Assembly (NCBI GenBank): GCA_964639445.1
Contig: CAZXDA010000003.1
Span: forward strand, 1 to 35,621
DNA from: an uncultured Candidatus Saccharibacteria bacterium
GTDB taxonomy: Bacteria > Patescibacteriota > Saccharimonadia > Saccharimonadales > UBA10212
Length of the DNA stretch: 35,621 nucleotides
Reading direction: 5' to 3'
Both the position numbers and the translations under genes were made by a program. This document shows positions 11,520-16,447 of this stretch, piece after piece; the stretch's first letter is position 1, and each line of letters opens with the position of its first letter. Below the pieces are notes generated by a model. The model was not told the origin of the DNA. It saw only the letters and a program-made list of their open reading frames with translations, and ran no database searches.

Positions 11520-12011
11520 TTATCTATTATTTGACCAGGCGGTCAATCTCAGAGAGTAGACTACCCACAAAAGCAATACAGTAACTTCAACTGCTGTCCA
11601 CCAGCCTGGACTTTGGGTTAGAAACTTACCAAAGAACCCGCTGTTTGCCAGTACGCCGGCTTGACCCTCTGATACCAAGCGCATATTCTCGATAAACCAA
11701 AATCCACTAACCAAAATTGTCAGCCAAGCGCCAATTGCCCTGAATCCATTCATTAGCGGTAGTTTAAAGAAGCCAAACGCCGCCCAAACTTCTGCAACGA
11801 TGATAACCACCGCCCAAACCGCCGGTCCGCTAAAACCAACGCTGCTTAACCAGTCTCTGAAAACACCAAAACCAATCAGCTGCAAAAGGGCCATGACCAG
11901 CAAAACCACTCCCAGCACGCTGGTAATTCCCCATTCTTGATCTGTTAAGCCTGTCGGCGTGGTCATTTTACCCCAGTCTTTATTCCACCTTAATTGATAT
12001 TGCGCTGCCAT
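11520..12011 (-). CDS. Hypothetical membrane protein (4 TM helices)
   Basis: ORF with hydrophobic helices. I prefer the ATG at 12011 (MAAQYQLRW..) because GGAGGG lies 7 nt upstream. The track start at 12038 would contain that SD. Confidence 0.5.
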   Translation of the reverse strand: MAAQYQLRWNKDWGKMTTPTGLTDQEWGITSVLGVVLLVMALLQLIGFGVFRDWLSSVGFSGPAVWAVVIIVAEVWAAFGFFKLPLMNGFRAIGAWLTILVSGFWFIENMRLVSEGQAGVLANSGFFGKFLTQSPGWWTAVEVTVLLLWVVYSLRLTAWSNNR

Positions 12012-12060
12012 TTTTTGTCCCTCCATTACTAAACCCATAATACAACAAAAAAGAAACTTG

Positions 12061-12708
12061 TTAAGTCTTCTGGTTTTCGCGTCTCCAGCGCTCTATCTCC
12101 GCGTGGTGCCCGGATAGAAGGACATCGGGCACTTTCAGGCCGCGGAATTCTTCCGGCCGAGTATACTGCGGATACTCAACTACGCCGGCTTCAGAAAAGC
12201 TTTCGCGCTCAGCACTTGTTTCACCGCCTAAAACTCCTGGAATAAGCCGTGTCACAGCATCGACCACCACCATGGCCGGCAATTCACCGCCGGTTAAAAC
12301 ATAATCGCCGATTGACATTTGCTTATCAACTACAGATGTAATTCTTTCGTCATAGCCTTCGTAGCGTCCGCAAATAATAATCAAGCCGACCTCAGTGGCG
12401 GCAAATTCGCGCGCCATTTCCTGAATAAATAATTCACCACGAGGCGTCATCAAAAGCACCTGCGCATCTGGATCTTTCTCTTTAGCGTGCTCAATTGCGG
12501 CAAAAAGCGGCTCGGGCCTAAGCACCATGCCGTTACCACCACCGTACGGCGTATCATCAACCTGCTTTCTGGGCCCAACGCCAAAATCGCGCAAATTTAT
12601 CAGCTCATACTCAACCAGTTTTTTCTCCTGCGCCTTGCGCAGCATACTCGTATTCAGCACCCCCTCAAACATCCCCGGAAACAACGTAATAATTTGAATT
12701 TTCATCAT
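12061..12708 (-). CDS. trmD: tRNA (guanine37-N1)-methyltransferase
   Basis: '[13 protein letters not shown]' and '[30 protein letters not shown]' are TrmD signatures. Confidence 0.93.
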   Translation of the reverse strand: MMKIQIITLFPGMFEGVLNTSMLRKAQEKKLVEYELINLRDFGVGPRKQVDDTPYGGGNGMVLRPEPLFAAIEHAKEKDPDAQVLLMTPRGELFIQEMAREFAATEVGLIIICGRYEGYDERITSVVDKQMSIGDYVLTGGELPAMVVVDAVTRLIPGVLGGETSAERESFSEAGVVEYPQYTRPEEFRGLKVPDVLLSGHHAEIERWRRENQKT

Positions 12709-12743
12709 AACAATGGTATCAATAAAACAAATAAGGAGTAAAT

Positions 12744-13028
12744 ATGAAACCGGGAAAAGAAGAGGGCTCTATACTGTTTGAAAAAAACCAAGAGATGGGC
12801 GTAGTCATGGATGCGGCAGCGACCTATTCAACGGATGAAGAGTATAAGCTTATTAAGAGAAGGCTTCTTCTTGCGAAGGCTCCTTACGAACTCAGAATGC
12901 CTCATTCTGAAGTCGCTATCAGAGCACTTCGTCGTTCTGCCAAGCTCGATATCTATTTCTATCCTGGAGAGAGGCAAAGGGCCGCAGATATGTTGGCCGA
13001 TTACGAATCAACCCCCCGGACTACTTAA
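12744..13028 (+). CDS. Hypothetical protein (94 aa)
   Basis: AAGGAG 6 nt upstream of the ATG. No family recognised. Lies 35 nt from trmD in divergent orientation. Confidence 0.4.
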   Translation: MKPGKEEGSILFEKNQEMGVVMDAAATYSTDEEYKLIKRRLLLAKAPYELRMPHSEVAIRALRRSAKLDIYFYPGERQRAADMLADYESTPRTT

Positions 13029-13096
13029 CAGGTCAAGTAATTTGGTGTGTGCGAGTCCTGTCTTGAGTAAACATGCGGAGCGAACCTGAAGCTGGT

Positions 13097-13188
13097 GTTG
13101 TAAAACAGTCTGGCCTTGGGTGCGAGGAGATGTTTGAGCTAGCCTATTTGGCTAGCAAGTCCTCCGAGTCAAAGACTGGTTTTACAAC
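13097..13188. other. Long imperfect hairpin in a convergent intergenic region (possible terminator or small structured RNA)
   Basis: 13097-13111 pairs with 13173-13188 (15 bp plus 1 bulge). An inner 5-bp helix joins 13124-13128 and 13160-13164. The apical 7-bp stem is gctagcc/ggctagc (13138-13144 / 13150-13156) with loop tattt. The motif 'gcggagcg' flanks it on both sides (13075-13082, 13205-13212). Confidence 0.4.
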
Positions 13189-13232
13189 CATAGGCATCAA
13201 GTGAGCGGAGCGTTTACGAAAGATAGGGCGAG

Positions 13233-13736
13233 CTACACATCGAGGTCATCGAGTTCTTCGAGTTCTTTGCGGGTGCGGCTGATAACATCTTCGTGTTCCT
13301 CAGTTTTGACCTCGATTTTTTCTAAATCTTCATCTTCTGATTCATCAATGTCGCTAGCTGTTGTGCTTGGTTGATCAGTTGGCTCATCAGCCGCAACCGC
13401 TACAGGTCTGGGCTCCTCTCTTTGCTCGGACTTCTCCTCGTCTTCTGTCTTCTGTCTACTGTCTACTTGTCTGCTCTCTGGTGGCGGTCCAGTATCAACT
13501 ATTTTCAGATTGTAGCGGGCATCATTCTTAGTGCCGAGTGCGCGCAAAAGAGTGCGCAAGCTCTGTGCTGTCGATCCTCTTTTGCCAATCACGCGCCCTA
13601 AATCTTCCGGGTCAACTGTCAGTTCGAGCAGAACCCCTTTTTCATCTATGCGCCGATCGACTTTCACGGCATCTGATTTGCCAACTAACGATTTAACAAT
13701 ATATTCAACAAACTGCTGGTCTATGGTCGCTGCCAT
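13233..13736 (-). CDS. KH-domain RNA-binding protein (YlqC/UPF0109-like) with a long acidic C-terminal tail
   Basis: 'LGRVIGKRGSTAQSLRTLLRALG' carries the GXXG KH core. Classic position downstream of rpsP. Residues from about 85 to 167 are acidic and low-complexity. GAAGGAGAGG RBS. Confidence 0.8.
   Translation of the reverse strand: MAATIDQQFVEYIVKSLVGKSDAVKVDRRIDEKGVLLELTVDPEDLGRVIGKRGSTAQSLRTLLRALGTKNDARYNLKIVDTGPPPESRQVDSRQKTEDEEKSEQREEPRPVAVAADEPTDQPSTTASDIDESEDEDLEKIEVKTEEHEDVISRTRKELEELDDLDV
13441..13475. repeat. Heptanucleotide tandem array inside the KH-protein tail coding region
   Basis: tcttctg tcttctg tctactg tctactt gtctgct (period 7). Confidence 0.6.
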
Positions 13737-13826
13737 TTGGCCTCTCCTTCTCTTGCAGAAACTAAGTTGTTAATTCCATTAAATTATATCATTTATAGCA
13801 TTTGAAATATCTTAATCGAGGTATAC

Positions 13827-13863
13827 CAAGTGTACGTTATAATAAAATTATAACGTACACTTG
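13827..13863 (-). other. Perfect 16-bp inverted repeat/hairpin 4 nt downstream of the rpsP stop
   Basis: caagtgtacgttataa-taaaa-ttataacgtacacttg. No U-tract follows it on the minus strand. Confidence 0.6.
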
Positions 13864-13867
13864 CAAG

Positions 13868-14281
13868 CTATTGTTCTTGGAGCTTTTCTTCTAGAGGTTC
13901 TTCTTTTTGCACCTCTTCCACTGGTGCTTCTTCGACCGGCGCTTCGACTTTAGGCTCTGACGTGCCTGCCGGGCGGGTGCGGCGGCGTTTTTCCGGATAG
14001 CGGACTGCTTTTTTCTTTTGGGTCGGTTTCTTGACCCAGCTAGGCAGTGTGATTTTTTGCTGTTTTAGAAGTTTAACGACTCGCGGAGAAGGCTGGGCAC
14101 CATTTGTCAAATAAGACTTTAGTTTATCTTTGTCGAAGGTTGCTTCTTTAGTATGCGGGTCATAATTGCCTAAATAGGCAACAACCCGACCGCTTGATGG
14201 GTGAAAACGGCTATCCTGAACTATCATCCTAAACTGAGCATGGCCGGTTCTGCCAGTCCGCTTCATTCTAATAGTTAACAT
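13868..14281 (-). CDS. rpsP: 30S ribosomal protein S16 with a C-terminal basic/acidic extension (137 aa)
   Basis: 'MLTIRMKRTGRTGHAQFRMIVQDSR...GRVVAYLGNYDP' matches the S16 N-terminal core. The tail contains a tandem 'EAPVE EAPVE'. Confidence 0.93.
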   Translation of the reverse strand: MLTIRMKRTGRTGHAQFRMIVQDSRFHPSSGRVVAYLGNYDPHTKEATFDKDKLKSYLTNGAQPSPRVVKLLKQQKITLPSWVKKPTQKKKAVRYPEKRRRTRPAGTSEPKVEAPVEEAPVEEVQKEEPLEEKLQEQ

Positions 14282-14290
14282 ATCGGAGCT

Positions 14291-14319
14291 ATTCTACAGA
14301 CAGAACACCTTACAGTCAA
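14291..14319 (-). promoter_or_regulatory. Near-consensus sigma-70 promoter TTGACT-N17-TAGAAT, ending 9 nt before the rpsP ATG
   Basis: The minus strand reads catttaTTGACTgtaaggtgttctgtctgTAGAATagctccgatATG. There is no SD between the -10 box and the ATG. Confidence 0.55.
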
Positions 14320-14398
14320 TAAATGATAGTTCTGTCCCCGCGCAGGCGGGGATCCATTTTTCTGGATTCCCAATCGAGTCGGGAATGACGTTTTGATG

Positions 14399-15097
14399 TT
14401 AGTCTTCCTTCAGATAATGCCTTAAAGCTTGTGAGGCGGCCATAACTTGGGCAGCTTGTTTGCTTGGGCCGCTTCCCTGACCTTTTAATTCGTCATTAAC
14501 AAATACGCCAACGTCGAATATTTTATCGTGATCCGGCCCTTCTTCACGCAAGACCTTATAGACCGGTGTAAAGCCTTCGCGGTTTTGTATCAACTCTTGC
14601 AGGCGCGATTTAGGGTCAAGCCAGGAGCCACTTTGTAAAATCTCATCAAATCTAGGCAAGAGTGTTTTTTCAATAAAGGCCTTTGCCGCCGCATAGCCCT
14701 TCTCTAAATAAACGGCGCCCACCACTGCCTCATAGCAGTTGGCTAAAATCTGCTGGCGGGCGCGTTCAGAGCCGCGCTTTTCGCCCCTACTTAAGCGCAG
14801 CAGCGGCTCAAAGCCCTCGCGCGCAGCTGCTTCACTAATAGATTCTGTTCGCACTAGAGCACTGCGCCAATTTGTTAGTACGCCCTCGGGTTCGGAATAG
14901 TGGGAATAAAGATATTCTGTTACAACTAGTTCCAATACGGCGTCGCCCAAAAACTCCAGCCGTTCGTTGTGCTCGGTGGCACTCTTGGGGTGCTCATTAA
15001 GATAAGAGCGGTGAGTAAAGGCTGTAATGAGCAGCTCAATATTTTTAAAATCGCCAAAATGAGTTTTAGCAAAAGCCTGATATTTGGAAATGTCCAT
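14399..15097 (-). CDS. rnc: Ribonuclease III
   Basis: Signature 'ERLEFLGDAVLELV'. C-terminal dsRBD text 'GPDHDKIFDVGVFVNDELKGQGSGPSKQAAQVMAASQAL'. Confidence 0.93.
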   Translation of the reverse strand: MDISKYQAFAKTHFGDFKNIELLITAFTHRSYLNEHPKSATEHNERLEFLGDAVLELVVTEYLYSHYSEPEGVLTNWRSALVRTESISEAAAREGFEPLLRLSRGEKRGSERARQQILANCYEAVVGAVYLEKGYAAAKAFIEKTLLPRFDEILQSGSWLDPKSRLQELIQNREGFTPVYKVLREEGPDHDKIFDVGVFVNDELKGQGSGPSKQAAQVMAASQALRHYLKED

Positions 15098-15115
15098 CAG
15101 ACGCGCCTCCGGCGC

Positions 15116-15150
15116 TCAATTCTCAATTTACAATTCTCAATTTTCAATAA
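15116..15150. repeat. Heptanucleotide tandem array (5 units) just upstream of rnc
   Basis: tcaattc tcaattt acaattc tcaattt tcaataa. Confidence 0.7.
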
Positions 15151-15166
15151 TTTATCAGTTATCATT

Positions 15167-15676
15167 TTACACTTTACCCTTTCGGATTTTCTTCAATGCT
15201 AAAAGAATCAGTTTGCTGATGTCTTCGTATTCGATTTTATCAAGTGCCTCTGTAACCGGCATCCATTTTATGCCAGTCATCCATTCCTGAGGTGTAATTT
15301 TATCAGTATCGCCTTTGGCCTCTACCAGAAAAATTTCAGTAGTCATCAGCACCAAGCTGTTTAGGCGACGGTAACGAAAGTTGATTTTGCCCAGCCAATC
15401 AAGCATCCTCATTTCTTTTAGGCCGGTTTCTTCCTGGATTTCACGCTCGGCCGTCTGGCGCGGAGTTTCTCCTTCTTCGATATGACCCTTGGGGATAGTC
15501 CAGCGGCCTTTGGAGTCGGCAATTAACAAAATTTCAGTTTCTGAGGGGTTTTTAGGCAAGCGACGAAATATAATACCGCCGGCGGTTGGCTCACGCAGCA
15601 CTTCAGAAATTGCCGGCACGTGCCGGCCAACAAACCTGCGAATGCCGGAAAGTGGTCTGGGTCTCTTCATCGGCAA
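15167..15676 (-). CDS. Nudix hydrolase
   Basis: Canonical Nudix box 'GHIEEGETPRQTAEREIQEETGL' (GX5EX7REUXEEXGU). Confidence 0.85.
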   Translation of the reverse strand: MPMKRPRPLSGIRRFVGRHVPAISEVLREPTAGGIIFRRLPKNPSETEILLIADSKGRWTIPKGHIEEGETPRQTAEREIQEETGLKEMRMLDWLGKINFRYRRLNSLVLMTTEIFLVEAKGDTDKITPQEWMTGIKWMPVTEALDKIEYEDISKLILLALKKIRKGKV

Positions 15677-15690
15677 AATTACTCCTTAAA

Positions 15691-16161
15691 TTATTTTTTG
15701 GCTTTTCGCTTGTCCTCCGTAGCCTTGGCGAAGGAGGATTCTTTGTTTTTCAGCACTGTGCCGAGCACACCATTGATAAACTTGCTGGAGTTTTCACCGC
15801 CAAATGCTTTGGCTAGCTCAACCGCCTCATTAATTGCCACCTTGGGCGGCACGTTATCGGCAAATAGCAGTTCATAAACCCCAATCCGGAGAATTGCACG
15901 GTCCATGCGAGCTATTTGCTCAATCGGCCACTCCGGCGCCACTGGTCGAATAATATCGTCAATTTGCTCTTGCTTGGCCTTTACGCCTTCGACCAATTGC
16001 TTGATAAATTGCTTATCTTCAATTGTCTCGTCATAGCGGCTGATGTTGCGCGCCAATACTTCGTTAAGCTTAAAAGATTTATCGCCAAGCTCACGCCTGA
16101 AGTCCTCTTCATAAAGCGTTTGCAGGGCGACTATTCGACCAAGGTGGCGGTTGGCACTCAT
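15691..16161 (-). CDS. nusB: Transcription antitermination factor NusB
   Basis: '[10 protein letters not shown]', '[12 protein letters not shown]', '[30 protein letters not shown]' are typical NusB blocks. Confidence 0.9.
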   Translation of the reverse strand: MSANRHLGRIVALQTLYEEDFRRELGDKSFKLNEVLARNISRYDETIEDKQFIKQLVEGVKAKQEQIDDIIRPVAPEWPIEQIARMDRAILRIGVYELLFADNVPPKVAINEAVELAKAFGGENSSKFINGVLGTVLKNKESSFAKATEDKRKAKK

Positions 16162-16194
16162 TGTTAAAATTTACGTTCTAGCTACTAGTATAAC

Positions 16195-16338
16195 TTATGT
16201 AACTTTCGGTTGTTTGTGTTTGCCTACCGCGACTTTGACTGGGCTGGTGGCATTAACGCGTCGCGCTAATTTACGCAACAGATGGCTGCGACGGTTGCCT
16301 GTTCGGCGCGGTGATGTCCGCTTTTTAGGCTGACCCAT
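16195..16338 (-). CDS. rpmF: 50S ribosomal protein L32 (47 aa; below the ORF-track length cut-off)
   Basis: My own translation of the minus strand gives MGQPKKRTSPRRTGNRRSHLLRKLARRVNATSPVKVAVGKHKQPKVT*. It has the L32 N-terminal signature (P-K-K-R-T-S...R-R-S-H). GGAGG 6 nt upstream. Confidence 0.85.
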   Translation of the reverse strand: MGQPKKRTSPRRTGNRRSHLLRKLARRVNATSPVKVAVGKHKQPKVT

Positions 16339-16355
16339 AAGAAACCTCCGGTTTC

Positions 16356-16418
16356 TAGCTGATAGCTAATAGCTGTTAGCTTGTAGCTAGCTATGAGCTA
16401 TAGGCTATAAGCTATGAG
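16356..16418. repeat. Nine-unit heptanucleotide tandem array in the leuS-rpmF spacer
   Basis: tagctga tagctaa tagctgt tagcttg tagctag ctatgag ctatagg ctataag ctatgag. Confidence 0.8.
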
Positions 16419-16447
16419 CTTTCGTTACACTTGTAGCTTAGGTGTGA

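Noticed and set aside
12709-12743. A leaderless trmD driven from the 35-nt divergent spacer.
   Set aside because: trmD lacks an SD, but I could not find a convincing -10 hexamer at the right distance from either ATG (12708 or 12705). No claim is made.
12811-13089. An alternative 92-aa ORF overlaps the 12744..13028 ORF.
   Set aside because: It has no RBS and lies in a different frame of the same DNA. The 12744 ORF has an AAGGAG site. Neither has recognisable homology, so only the better-supported one is listed, at low confidence.
13029-13232. The long hairpin as SRP RNA (the neighbourhood rpsP/trmD usually also holds ffh), or as 6S RNA or tmRNA.
   Set aside because: There is no GNRA-capped helix 8 with the AGCA/GGAA-type loops, and no 6S-like central bubble or tmRNA tag frame that I could find on either strand. 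It is kept only as an unassigned structure.
14333-14353. 'tgtccccgcgcaggcggggatc' resembles a type I-E CRISPR repeat (..CCCCGCGCCAGCGGGGA..).
   Set aside because: There is a single copy only, with no array, no spacers and no cas genes in the window. It is a 7-bp GC hairpin (tccccgc/gcgggga) in the rnc-rpsP spacer. A second small hairpin (attccc/gggaat, 14367-14387) lies nearby. It is more simply a transcript-end or processing structure.
16151-16333. A 60-aa plus-strand ORF in the nusB-leuS interval.
   Set aside because: It is exactly antisense to a convincing L32 (rpmF) reading frame that has a GGAGG RBS.
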